From Centroscyllium fabricii (lineage: Eukaryota), in the NCBI GenBank assembly GCA_051313645.2, contig JBNRSN020000002.1, positions 232,314,001 through 232,378,000 of the forward strand: a DNA stretch of 64,000 bases. The letters are read 5' to 3'. The first letter of the stretch is position 1. Every line of letters begins with the position of its first letter. This document shows, in pieces, positions 1 through 12,320 of this stretch. The translations under genes and the position numbers were made by a program. The notes under the pieces are model-generated. The model saw only the letters and a list, made by a program, of their open reading frames with translations, ran no database searches and was not told the origin of the DNA.

Positions 1-399
1 CCTCCACTTTGCGCCGCAATTGTGATGATTTTTGTGGGGCCAAACATAGGCCGGTTACGTGCACTATCGACCTGAGTTCTGCTGTCCACAATACCTCTCA
101 TCGCAGGTCAGCCAGGGTTTGTTTTGTTCTGCCTCAAAGAGGCACTGAGATTTAATTTCCCCTTAAAATAGGGGTCAAATGACATCATAGTGACCTGCAA
201 TCAGCTTTGCTCCATTTATGCTGTCACCATGTAAAGTGGCCACTGAATAAAACAAATGCTCCATTTTAATTGTTGTCAAATTTAAACAGCAATGCTGTAA
301 ATTAAGTACTTTAATCATTTTTACACCATTGCCATTGCAAAATTAATGAAATTTGTAACTACAGTAAGGTTGCCCTTGTGAGCAATTTTGTTTCAGGAG

Positions 400-717
400 T
401 GTTGAGTCTGTGCTATATAACAATGGACAAGACTTCAAGGTATGAAACAAAGAGATGTTTATTCAACCATTACAGAGTTTGGATCTGAGCATATCGCTCC
501 ACGTACGAACTTATATACACTTGTGGTATTATAACAATGGACAAGACTTCAAGGTATGAAACAAAGAGATGTTTATTCAACCATTACAGAGTTTGGATCT
601 GAGCATATCGCTCCACGTACGAACTTATATACACTTGTGGTAGACTGCGATACTGCAATATTATGGCACTACACAAAGTAGTGCCCAGTACAATTTCTTA
701 AATGCACATACACCACA
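400..717 (-). repeat. 3' LTR of Gypsy-A with an internal ~114-bp tandem duplication
   Basis: Matches 6055-6267; the block tataacaatgg...ttgtggta occurs twice (~415-528 and ~530-642). Confidence 0.93.
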
Positions 718-811
718 TTCCTCCCCTCTTAATTTCCCTTTATGGTACAACATTTCAGGATACGAGGGGACTAACAATTAACTATTTATACAACAGTAAG
801 ATATGTACAAG

Positions 812-3800
812 TTACAGGTTCAGTCTTTGTGGGGTTCTGTGGTCTCCAGCCGGATACTGCCTTCTAATGGCCGGTGTGGTAGTGGTTCTTGATGACTCAC
901 TGTCCACGTCCATCCTCGAGCGCCTCGTCTTCGGTGGTAGACTCGTGGGAGATCATCTGTTCTGTTGGTACCGTTGTTTGAGGCAACTCTTTATTGGCTA
1001 CCGTAGCCTTCATGATTTGGTCAGCGTGTCTTCTAATTTGCCCCTCCGGAGTGTCCACAGTGTATGATAATGGTCCTTGTTGGTGACTGATAGTTCCAGC
1101 CTGCCATTTATCATTTCAATAGTCTCTGGCCAACACATCCTGACCCACATCGAAGCTCCAGATTTCCCTGTCAGAAGCTTTTTGGAATACTCGGTTTTCC
1201 AAATCTCGTCTGATGTTAGGTTGTAACAGATCCCGTCTGTTGTGTAATCTCCTATTAAAAAACAAGACTGCAGACGCTTGATTAGTTATTGCGTGGGCAA
1301 CATTACGGTATGCAAATAGAAAATTATCGATTTTGTGTTGTAAATCCAACTTTCCCCCCACCGCAGTGGCCTTGATGGCCTTTTTGAACTTCTGGACAAA
1401 CCTTTCGGCCAATCCATTAGTGGCCGGGTGATACGGCGCCGATCTATAATGCCGTATTCCGTTCCTTTTTAAGAACGCTTGGAACTCCTCAGACACAAAT
1501 TGAGGTCTGTTATCTGAACAGATTTGTTCCGGTAGGCCATTTCTGGTGAACATGGTCCGGAGAACCGTGACTGTCTTCTCCGCTGTGGTGGAGGATATTT
1601 TTATTACCTCTGGCCATTTGGAATGGGTGTCCACTACCACCAGGAACATGGTGTCCAAAAATGGCCCCCGCAAAGTCAATATGACTCCTTTGCCATGGGG
1701 ATGATGGCCACTCCCAAGCGTGTAGGGGTGCCTGTGGCAGTGCATTCTGCACCATCTAGCAACCTGTACATTCTTTTGCCAGTTGTTCGATGTCTTTATC
1801 GATTCTAGGCCACCACACGTATGCTCTGGCTAGGGACTTCATCTTGACCCCGCCCAAGTGCCCTCGTGTAAGTCAGTTAAAATTTGTTTACGTAATTTGA
1901 GTGGAATCACCACACTGGCCCCACACATTAACGTGCCCCGGCAGACCGACAACTGGTCTTTTCTAGTCGCGTAATCTGGCCATAGGTTAAGATCCTCCCT
2001 AGACCATCCTTTTATCGCGATGCTATGTATTTTTGACAGAATGGGGTCATTCCTAGTTTCCCTTTTTATTTGTTGGCTGGTAACGGGGAATTGTTCCACC
2101 ACTGCCGTGTGATATAGTTCCAGAGGATCTTGTTGTCCCCCCTCTCCTGCTTCTGGCAGAGGTAACCAAGACAGGCCATCTGCATTGCCATGCTGCTTGG
2201 TTCCTTTGTGTTCTATGGTGTATTTGTGTGCACCCAAGAACAATGCCCATCATTGCAGCCTCTGAGCTGTCATCTGGGGTACCCCTTTTTCCGGGTGAAA
2301 TATCAATACCAAGGGTTGGTGATCAGTTAATAGAGTGAATTTTTGCCCGTGTAAATAGTGGTGAAACTTTTTCACTCTCCACACAAGACTGAGTGCTTCT
2401 CGGTCTATCTGCACATAATTTTTCTCTGCAGTAGTGAGTGTTTTAGACGCAAATGCGATTGGTCTTTCTGAATCATCTGGGCATTTGTGTGATAGGACCG
2501 CACCAATGCCATACGGGAATGCATCGCATTCCAATTTAATGGGTAAGCTGGGATCAAAATGAACCAACACCTCTCTTGAGGTGATCATGTTTTTGCTTTT
2601 CTGCAAAGCTCCCTCACAGGTTTTCTCCCACCTCCAGGGTGTTCCCGCTTGGAGTAGTGCATTCAATGGATAAAGCACTGTTGATAAGTTGGGTAGAAAC
2701 TTGTGGTAATAATTTATGAGTCCCAGGAATGACTGTAACTGGGAAACGTTTTCTGGGTGTGGGGCATTTACAATGGCCGCAATCATGTCTGGCGATTTAT
2801 GGAGTCCCTCGCTATCTATTTCGTGTCTGCAGTATGAAATGCGGTCTTTGAAGAATTCACACTTTTGTTTGTTGGCCGCAGACCTTATTCCTTTAGTCTC
2901 TCTAATATCGTTTCTAGATTGGCCTCATGTTCCCCATCCATTTTTTCCATTACTAAAATGTCATCCAGGTAGCATTGTGTCCCTGGAATACCTTGCAATA
3001 CCTGGTCCATGGCCCTCTGCCATATGGCTGGAGCTGACGCAATTCCGAATACCATTCGGTTGTATTGATACAGCCCTTTATGTGTTTTGATGGTCAGCAG
3101 CTTTCTGAAATCCTGCTCCATCTCCATTTGAAGGTATGCTTGCGAAAGGTCAACCTTACTAAAGCATTTCCCACCTGCTAAAGAAGCAAAAATGTCTTCA
3201 ATTCTTGGTAATGGGTACTGTACAACCTTTAGAACAGGATTAACGGTCATTTTAAAGTCCCCACAAATGCAGACTTTTTTCTGTTCACCCTCCTTGTTTT
3301 GCGTTCTTTTTTAATTACTGGCACAATGGGTGTTGCCCACTCGCTCCATTCGACCTTTAACAAGACCCCTTCTGCTTCTAGGGTCTCTAGCTCTGCCTCC
3401 ACCACCGGTCTTATGGCGTAAGGTACTGGCCGTGCTTTCGCAAATATTGGGGTGGGCCCCTGTGTAATCATCACTCCAGCACTAATGTTTTTTAATTTCT
3501 GTAGCCAAGGTTGGAAAACCTCTGGGTTTTTCTCTAATATTGTGGATAGTCTCCCAGCAACCGATGGTTTATCATTGGTCATACTCGAAATCTGGAGCTT
3601 GTTTATTGTACTCCAGTTGAGGTGGATCCTCCTGATCCTGGGCGGCACGGTGGCACAGCGGTTAGCACTGTTGTCTCACAGCACTGGAGACCCAGGTTCA
3701 AATCCAGCCTCGGGTACTATCTGTGTGGAGTTTGCACATTCTCCCCGTGTCTGCGTGGGTTTCCTCCGGGTGCTCCGGTTTCCTCCCACAGTCCAAAGAT

Positions 3801-5149
3801 GTGCGGGTTAGGTTGATTGGCCAGGATAAATTGACCCTTAGTGTTAGGGAGATTAAATATGTGGGGTTACGGGGATAGGGTGGGATATGTGTCGATGGAG
3901 GCTCGATAGGGATCGAGGGATATGGGGAGAGGGCAGGGGCGGGGTACTGTGTTTGGATGATCAGCCATGATCTCATTGAATGGCGGAGCAGGCTCGAAGG
4001 GCCGAATGGCCTACTCCTGCTCCTAGTTTCTATGTTTCTATGTTTCTATGATCCATTCCTGCCCCAGAAGTGGTGCTCCACCATCTTTCAGGACATACAA
4101 GTACAGTCCCTTTATTTGTTTGCCCATATATTGGACTGTTTCAGGCAGCCTCCCCATTGTCCTAAATTTTTGTCCTGTATATGTTTTTAAGATGACCGGG
4201 GATTCTTCTAAATGCGCCCCACTGAATGCCTTCCTGTAAACTTTTTCATTGATCACTGAGAGTGCTGACCGCGTGTCCAGTTCCATAGATATCTCAACTC
4301 CCGCACCCTGAGTGGAACCCATATAACACTACGGTCTGTAGAATTGACCATGTTGTGGACCTTAAGACATCCAAGACCCCATTCTTCTCTATTTAAATTT
4401 TCTGATTCGTTACCCGAATGATCTTCAGAGAGTTTGTGTAATTTCTTAGACCTGGACTGTTTCTGTGACATTTTAGGTAGCTTCCCAGATCTGCAAGCCA
4501 TCGCTATATGGTGTATCTTGCCACATTGTTGACAATCCTTGTCTTTAGCCCAACACCTACTCTGATCATGTGTGATCTTGCCACAGCGGTAGCACGTTTT
4601 AGTACATGTTGTAATTTCATGGGTATCGTAGTAGATCCCCTTGTTCCTTATCTCGGCTGCCTCGTGTGTTGCTGCAGTTTCTATCGCCTGCTCTAGTGTG
4701 AGCATCATTTTGGCTAAAAGTTTCTTTTGTGTAGATTCATCCAAAATTCCACACACAAATCTGTCCCTTAAGTAGTTTGGCAGCTCATCCTCAAATACAC
4801 AGTTCTTTGACAGTCTTCTGAGTTCCATTATGTACTCTGACTGTGACTCTCCTTTTTGTTGGTCCCATTTAAAGAATTTGAAGCGTTCTGCTATAAATGG
4901 GGGTTTGGGGCTTAAATTCTCTTTTAAAATGTTTATAATCTCTTGCAGCATTTTGTCCGCTGGTTTGTCTGGGGACACCAGTGTTCTCAACAACCCGTAA
5001 GTTTTGGGACCCATTGCATTCAGCAGGGTGTTGGCTTTGTTTGCCTCATTTACTGTCTGTACTTGGCAATAAATGTCAAAGCGATCTAAGTATGCCTCCC
5101 AGTCTTCCTTTTCTAGTTGGAAGGTCCCGAAAGTGTTTAATTTAGCCAT
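812..5149 (-). pseudogene. gag-pol of Gypsy-A (frameshifts, stops, SINE insertion)
   Basis: Two CCHC knuckles (CYRCGKITHDQSRC, CQQCGKIHHIAMAC); protease LDTRS; RT YLDD; RNase H CDA..GIGAVL/TDH; integrase HIDF/SDN/NGLAER, spread over several broken ORFs. Confidence 0.92.
3640..4050 (+). mobile_element. tRNA-derived V-SINE (HE1-like), full length, inserted in Gypsy-A pol
   Basis: GGGCGGCACGGTGGC head with A/B boxes; V-domain core (GTTTGCACATTCTCCCCGTGTCTGCGTGGGTTTCCTCCGG); CR1-type tail ending (TTTCTATG)n. Confidence 0.93.
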
Positions 5150-5169
5150 GGTTAAATTCCTCTGAAGCT

Positions 5170-5895
5170 TCCAAAATGGCGTCTTTTCCCGCCTTTTGCT
5201 TCTTTTCCATTGCTTTTCCCGCCTAAAAATGGCGTTTTCCCGCCTTTTCACTTCTCTTTTGGCGCTTTTCCCGCCTCAAAATGTCATCTTTTCCCGCCTT
5301 TTGCTTCTCTTCTGGTGCTTTTCCCGCCTAAAAATGACATTTTCCCACCTTTTTGCTTCTCTTCCAGTGCTTTTCCTGCCTTAAAATGGCTTTCGCCGCC
5401 TTTTTCTTTCCTTCCCCGCTGAGTTTCGAACTTCCCGCGATCGTTGGGAAGGATTGCGCTCTACCTGCACTCTCCCGTTGTCCTGTGGCTGGAGGACCAA
5501 CCCTGATCCTCGACAGCCTCCGTGTACAACTGCCTCTGCCGCTCTGGGTCTCCTCTGTCGACCCCGGATATGCGACTGCCACTGCCGTTGTCTGTCTCTC
5601 GGCCGACGCCCGATATCCGACTGCCACTGCCGTTGTCTGTCTCTTGGCCGACACCCGATGTCCAACTGCCTCTGCCATTGTCTGCCTCTTGGTGGACGTC
5701 CGATGTCCGACTGCCTTTGCTGAGCTGGGTCCCCGATTTCTGCTGCCTCCTGCCGCCGACGCTCTTATCAACGCTCTTCCCTGTGATGTTGGAGAGCTGG
5801 CTGTACTGATAGTGCCAACGCCACTCCCGATGTTGTAGTGCTGGCTGTCTCTGATAGTGCCAACGCCGCTCCCGATGTTGGAGTGCTGGCTGTCT
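5170..5895. repeat. Three different tandem arrays in the Gypsy-A 5' leader (~55-bp, ~45-bp and ~45-bp units)
   Basis: Recurrent aaaatggcgttttcccgccttttgcttctct; ccgactgccactgccgttgtctgtctc; ctggctgtctctgatagtgccaacgcc units. Confidence 0.85.
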
Positions 5896-6042
5896 TCGTT
5901 CCCTCTGCATTACTGGAGATTCGCTGCTGCTCCCTCTTTTGGAGTGCAGGGTGTGTTGTCGTGGTCGATGGTTGACGGTAAGAAAGGAACATTTTTCATT
6001 CTTCCTCTTATAAGCCGATTACACTGCTGTGGATTCGACTGA

Positions 6043-6053
6043 CCTCATCGCCA
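6043..6053 (-). promoter_or_regulatory. Primer-binding site (tRNA-Ser type) of Gypsy-A
   Basis: TGGCGATGAGG just inside the 5' LTR, close to the complement of the tRNA-Ser(GCU) 3' end. Confidence 0.7.
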
Positions 6054-6054
6054 T

Positions 6055-6267
6055 TGTTGAGTCTGTGCTATAGATCTATTATAACAACGGACTAGACTTC
6101 AAGGTATGAAATAAAGAGATGTTTATTCAACCATTGCAGAGTTTGGAACTGAGCATATCGCTCCACGTACGAACTTATATACACTTGTGGTAGACCGCGG
6201 AACTGCAATATTATGGCACTACACAAAGTAGTGCCCAGTACAATTTCTTAAAGGCACGTACACCACA
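6055..6267 (-). repeat. 5' LTR of Gypsy-A
   Basis: Direct repeat of 400-717 without the duplication; next to the PBS and TSD. Confidence 0.93.
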
Positions 6268-7791
6268 AGGAGAGGTGAGGAATTGTTTGAACCTACGCTC
6301 AAATAGAATGGGGTTCAACTTGGTATACACTTATACATGTTTTATGGGGGAAGAGGAGAACAATCAGGAAGCATTTTTGAATGGAGGTGAGGTATCATCA
6401 TAATCAGAGGAGGACATGGAAAACTTGATGTAGTCGTTGGTTCTTTTTTCAGTTGAAAATTCCTGCAAAGTCATAAGGAGCGGGTGGTATGGAGGGCAGG
6501 GAGGGGGTGGGAGCACTGGGTTCACACTGGTGTGGATGTATTGCTATTGCACGAGACAGTAACATCACCCATTGCCTACTCCAGCCGGCCCTTGCTTGAA
6601 GCCTCCATATCACGGTGCTGATCGATCTGTGAATGAGCAGGCCCTCTCACAGAAATAACATTGCTGAAGCCTGTATCAATCTATCACTTCATTGAATCAA
6701 GCTATCTTGCCCAAATGAGGAGGTGCTATTGTAGCTGAAGTTGTCCATGGCTTAATATTCAGGAAAGATGCAAAGGCTGGAATATCAACCTCACCAAGAG
6801 GGGTGGCACTGCAGATGGCACTAGAGCTGCCACACATTCCAATGCTGCTTTTGGCAAGCTTTTGCTGAAAGAGAGGGTAATGGGCATGAAGCTTAGTTGA
6901 AAGTGGAGCATGATAAGCACCCATGAGAAGGTCAGGAGAAAGTAAAGAAATTTATGGGTCATAAGAGAACATGCTAGTTCTGATGTAAGAGACGACAATA
7001 GCCCGTTATGCATTACAGCTCCAGGTGAGGTTGATAAAAAAAAATTCAGCACTGCAGCCACATTTTCTGGACTTTGCTGCGTACATTGAGCCTTTCTACC
7101 ACTTGCCCCAGTGCCCTACTGCCCACAGTCTTGGAGACCTTATGGGCATGGTAGGGAAAAAAAGGCTTCCTTCCTCCGCTCCGTCACTGCCACAAGATCT
7201 CTATGTACCCTCATCCAAGCAGGGGCCACAATTCTTCATGCAGTCCTGCCAGACATGGCTGACTAATTCCAGAAGAATAAAAATGCACCAAATATAAGCT
7301 GCCAAGACAAAAGTCTCATGAATACAAAGTGTTATATTGCTCCCAAGAAAGGCTCACAAACATACAGTAATTCTCCCAACACCACAGCACTTTAAAGCTG
7401 TTGCATGCATTAAGTCATGTAAAAGCACCATGAGTTTCTACCCACAAGGGGCATGCACCCAGTAACATGGTGCCAGATGTGCTGGACGACACCCACCATA
7501 TGCAAAATACTTGAAGCCAGAAATACAGCGGAATTAGGAGCACCCTGGTGTAGTTACTTCCAGTGAGCCCTGCTTCAATTGCATTTTGTCATGGGGCCGA
7601 AGGAAAATCAACCCAATTGACTCCATTTCACCACCAAACAATAAATTCAAACAGTTGCTCTGGTAAAGCAAGGTAATCCAAGCACCAATTATTTTGGAAA
7701 AATAAGCAAACCTCAGTCCTTTGGCTCTATCTAGTCCAATCCACAGCAATCCTACCCTATGAGTGTGAGTAGAAGGGAAAATGTAGACTAG

Positions 7792-10700
7792 TGTGGCGAC
7801 ACGCCCACTGAGACATCGAATCCGCCACGGGGACTCCGCGGAGCAAAGCCCCGCTCATCCGAGTGACGCGACGACGTCATCACGTCGGCCGACGCGATGA
7901 CGTCACCAACCGCGGGACTGCTTAAATACGATTGCTGCAAGTGGTTCACGCACTTTCTTATTTTACTTAGTGTAATAAAGCTGTGTTTTCTCTAGCTCTG
8001 GCTCACGTGTGGTTCCTAGGCCTGCCGGCGCTACAGTGGTGACCCTGAACTGGAACGACTTCCAGTGAAGAAAAAGCTGCGCAGGATCTGGGACCACCAG
8101 CCAAAGACTTTTTTAAGAAAGCATGGTAAACCCAAGAAACCAAGCTCCACGAACGTAGGGAGCTGGCCAGAACGTCGGACGTGGACTCACTCTACGCGAG
8201 TTCTGGGAGCAACGGCCAGCGGCCTGGTTCATGTGCATTGAGACCAGCTGCCGCACACATGGCATTCAAGGGGACGACCGCTACGACCTGGTGTTCTCAG
8301 CCCTTCCACAGACGACGATCGATCGGATGTGGTCAAAAATACAGCGTGTGCCCATCGCAGGCAGGTATGAAACTCTTAAGGCCGCGCTTATCAAAAATTT
8401 TACCCCCTCCCAATTTGAGCGCGACTGCCAGCTCCTCGACCTCCCCGAGCTCGGGGACGCAGACCCATCGGACCTCTTAGGCCAGATGCAAGCGCTCACA
8501 CCCAACCCGGCCTCCCTCTTCCGCACCGTCTTCCTCCTTAAACTGCCCCGCGCCATCAGACCGGCCTTGGCGGCCCTTGGCCATCGGAGCGATGACGAGC
8601 TCAGAGAGGAAGCCGACAGGCTCATGGAGGCCCAGCGCACCCGCTCAACCACGTGCGAAACTAACTCCGCATCGGTAGAGCGCAGCCAATCACCCCCCAG
8701 GCATAACTTTACGCCTGAACCTAGGGCCCCGCGCCCACCCAGACAACCGCGTCCCTCTAGCACCGGCTGGTGCTACTACCACACGCGTTCGACCACAAAG
8801 CGCACCGCTGCGTCCAGCCATGCGCGTTCAAGCCACGGCCCAACACCGCCGCCACCATGTCTGTAGGCCACACAAGAGCACTGCTCTTCGCCACAGACAG
8901 CGGCACAGGCCTCAGGTTCCTCTGCGACACAGGCGCGCAGCACAGCATCGTGCCAGCCTCCCCTGCAGAAACCAAACAAGGCACCCGGGGCCCGCCACTA
9001 GCGGCAGCCAACGGCTCCAACATAAAAACGTACGGCACCCGCAAGTTAACCATTACCCTTGCAAGCCACGCGTACACCTGCGATTTTATAACGGCCCAGG
9101 TCACCTCACCCCTCCTCGGGGCAGACTTCCTCTGCACCTACGGCCTACTGGTCGACGTAACTCGGCGCCGCTTGGTAAATATAAATACCATGACGACCAT
9201 CCCATGCTCCACAGGGCCCGCACTCCTGGCCCACGCGGCAACCCAATGCCGCTCCAGGGACTCCGATGCCTACGGCACACTCTGGCAGAGTTCCCCGCCC
9301 TAACCAACCCCACGTTCACCGCCCGCAAGGCCAAACACGGGGTGGACCATTTTATCACAACCACAGGCCCACGGCCGTAGGCTCGACCCGGCCAAGCAGG
9401 AGATCGCGCGCACCGATTTCCGCACCATGGAGCAACTCGGCATTATCCGCCGCTCCAGCAGCCCCTGGTCCTCTCCGCTCCACATAGCCCCCAAGGCGAC
9501 TACTGCCGCCTAAACAACGCCACCACCCCTGATAGGTACCCCGTACCCCACATCCAGGATTTTTCCGCCAGATTAGCGGGCTGTACGATCTTTTCCAAGA
9601 TCGACCTGGTGCGTGGCTACCACCAGGTTCCGGTGCACCCGGCGGACATTCCTAAAACGGCCGTTATTACCCCCTTCGGAATCTTCGAGTTCCTTAGGAT
9701 GCCCTTCGGCCTTAAAAACGCGGCCCAGGCCTTCCAGCGCCTCATGGACTCAGTCCTACGGGACGTGAAGTTCATTTTTGTCTATTTAGACGACATCCTC
9801 GTGGCCAGCACCTCGCCCCAGGAACACCTCCTGCACCTCAGGACCCTGTTCCAGCGCCTTACCGAACACGGCCTTATCTTAAGCCCCACTAAATGCAAAT
9901 TCGGCCTCGAGACTATTGAATTCCTTGGCCACCGCATTTCCCAAACAGGGGCCATACCCCTGCCCTCTAAGGTGCAGGCGGTACAAGAATTCCCCCGCCC
10001 GCACTCCATTAAAGGGCTGCAGGAATTCTTAGGCATGGTTAATTTTTATAACCGCTTTATCCCGGGAGCAGCCGCTCTCATGTCCCCCTTATACCAGGCC
10101 ACCCGCGGGCAGTCCAACAAGGCTGCGGTCGAGTGGACGGCCGACGCCGCCACCGCCTTCACCGCAACTAAAACCGCCCTGGCAAACGCCACTCTCCTAG
10201 CCCACCCTAGGCCCAACGCCAGAGTAGCCCTCACCACCGACGCCTCCGACCACGCGGTCGGGGCCGTATTTGAGCAGTGGACCGGCAACTCGTGGCAGCC
10301 CCTGGCCTTTTTCAGCCGGCAACTCCGACCCCCAGAGGTTAAATACAGCGCCTTTGATAGGGAGCTACTCGCTCTCCATCTGGCGGTGCGACACTTTTGT
10401 TTCCTCTTGGAGGGCCGCCACTTCACAGCCTTCAGCGACCACAAGCCACTCACGTTTGCGATGGCTAAGGTCGCTGAACCCTGGTCGGCCAGGCAGCAGC
10501 GCCAACTCGCGGCCGTGTCGGAATTTACAACCGACATCCAGCACATTTCCGGCCGTGACAACGTGGTCGCTGACTGCCTTTCACGCCCCACCATTAACGC
10601 CGCCCAAATGGCGGTCGATTACGCCCAGCTGGCCGCTGACCAGCTGGCCGACCCTGACCTACTCAACGCAGCAACCAATCTCCCCGGCCTCCACTTGGCC

Positions 10701-12196
10701 AATATCGCGCACGGCCCCGCTGCCACCGTCGTCTGCTGCGACGTATCCTTGCCGCAACCCAGGCCAGTCGTACCCCATGCTTGGAGGCGACACATATTTA
10801 GTACCCTCCATGATCTGTCCCACCCCGGCTCCCGCGCGTCCATTAAATTAATATCGGCCCGATTCGTATGGCGCGGCCTGCGCAAGGACGTCCGCGCCTG
10901 AGCCAGCTCCTGCATAGCCTGCCAGCGCTCCAAAGTGCATAAGCACATCAGGGCACCGCTGGAAAATTTTAAAGTGCAGGCCAGAAGTTTTGACCATGTC
11001 CACATCGATCTCGTCGGGCCACTACCGCCATCCCAGGGCCACACGCACCTAATGACCATGGTCGACCGCAACACTCGCTGGCCAGAAGCAGTCCCCCTCA
11101 CCGCCACCGGCACCACGGACTTGGCCAGGGCGTTCATTGCCACCTGGGTCGCCCGCTTCGGCGTGCCCACAGACATCACCTCCGACAGAGGACCCCAATT
11201 TACATCGGCATTATGGGCGGCCATCGCCCGCGACCTCGGGGTGACACTACACCGAACCACCGCATACCACCCACAGGCGAACGGCCTATGCGAACGGTTC
11301 CACCGCTCGATGAAGGCATCACTACGGGCCACACTAAAAGACGCATCGTGGACCGACCGCCTTCCATGGGTCCTCCTCGGGCTGCGCTCGGCAGTCAAAG
11401 AAGACCTCAACGCCTCGGCAGCGGCGCACATCTACGGCCAAACTTTAACGGTGCCGGGCGAGTTCCTGGCCGAGCCCAACGCTCCCTGGTCAGCCGAACA
11501 GTATTTAAAAGATTTCGCCAACCCGGCACGAGCTTTCCAGTCACTACCAGTGGCCCGGCACGGAGAGCCGGCAGCTCGGGTGCCGGACAACATTAAAAAC
11601 GCGAAATTCGTGTTCGTCCGGCGCGACGGACACCGATCTCCACTACAGCAACCTTACGATGGCCCCTACAGAGTGCTTCGGGCGGGAGCTAAAGCTTTCG
11701 AGTTACAAATGGGCAACAGGACTGACACTGTGACAATAGACCGGCTCAAGCCGGCACACGTGATAGCGGGTGAGACCACGGTCCCCGCACAACCACCACA
11801 ACGCGGTCGCCCTCCCGCAACAAGACCCGCCCACACTCCACCGCAGAACCAGGAGCAACGAACAACACGGTCCGGCCGCATCATCCGGCCACCCCAACGG
11901 CACAACATAGACTCTGTCACTATTCCTCCCGGACGGATTGTGGGGGGAGCTGTGTGGCGACACGCCCACTGAGACATCGAATCCGCCACGGGGACTCCGC
12001 GGAGCAAAGCCCCGCTCATCCGGGTGACGCGACGACGCCATCACGTCGGCCGACGCGATGACGTCACCAACCGCGGGACTGCTTAAATACGATTGCTGCG
12101 AGTGGTTCACGCTCTTTCTTATTTTACTTAGTGCAATAAAGCTGTGTTTTCTCTAGCTCTGGCTCACGTGTGGTTCCTAGGCCTGCCGGCGCTACA
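7792..12196 (+). mobile_element. Gypsy LTR retrotransposon, CsRn1-like, copy B1
   Basis: 244-bp LTRs at 7792-8035 and 11953-12196; TSD CTAG at 7788-7791 and 12197-12200; tRNA-Trp-type PBS TGGTGACCC; PPT TGGGGGGAG; Cx2Hx9Cx3C gag motif. Confidence 0.96.
8123..11972 (+). pseudogene. gag-pol of copy B1
   Basis: Collinear with copy B2 but with frameshifts, two small RT deletions (~9370, ~9495) and a stop at 10899; DTG protease, YLDD RT, RNase H, HHCC/DDE integrase. Confidence 0.93.
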
Positions 12197-12320
12197 CTAG
12201 GCTGGGATTTTCCCAGTGGAGTCAGGTTGGAGTCGTGTTGGATTTGGGTTGAGTGGTCGGCGGCTTCCAGTCCCACGGCCGGCGTCAGTCGCTCCGATAT
12301 CATGACTTTAATTTAACTAG

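Larger units (their letters stand above)
400..6267 (-). mobile_element. Gypsy LTR retrotransposon (Mag-like), full length but degenerate (Gypsy-A)
   Basis: TG...CA LTRs at 400-717 and 6055-6267; 5-bp TSD AGGAG at 395-399 and 6268-6272; polypurine tract next to 718; PBS TGGCGATGAGG; gag-PR-RT-RNaseH-IN fragments on the minus strand. Confidence 0.95.

Noticed and set aside
3640-3715. tRNA gene
   Set aside because: It is the tRNA-derived head of a SINE, continuous with the V-domain and LINE tail.
6273-7787. Possible old DNA transposon or host coding sequence
   Set aside because: Only short ORFs; no motif or terminal repeat I could verify.
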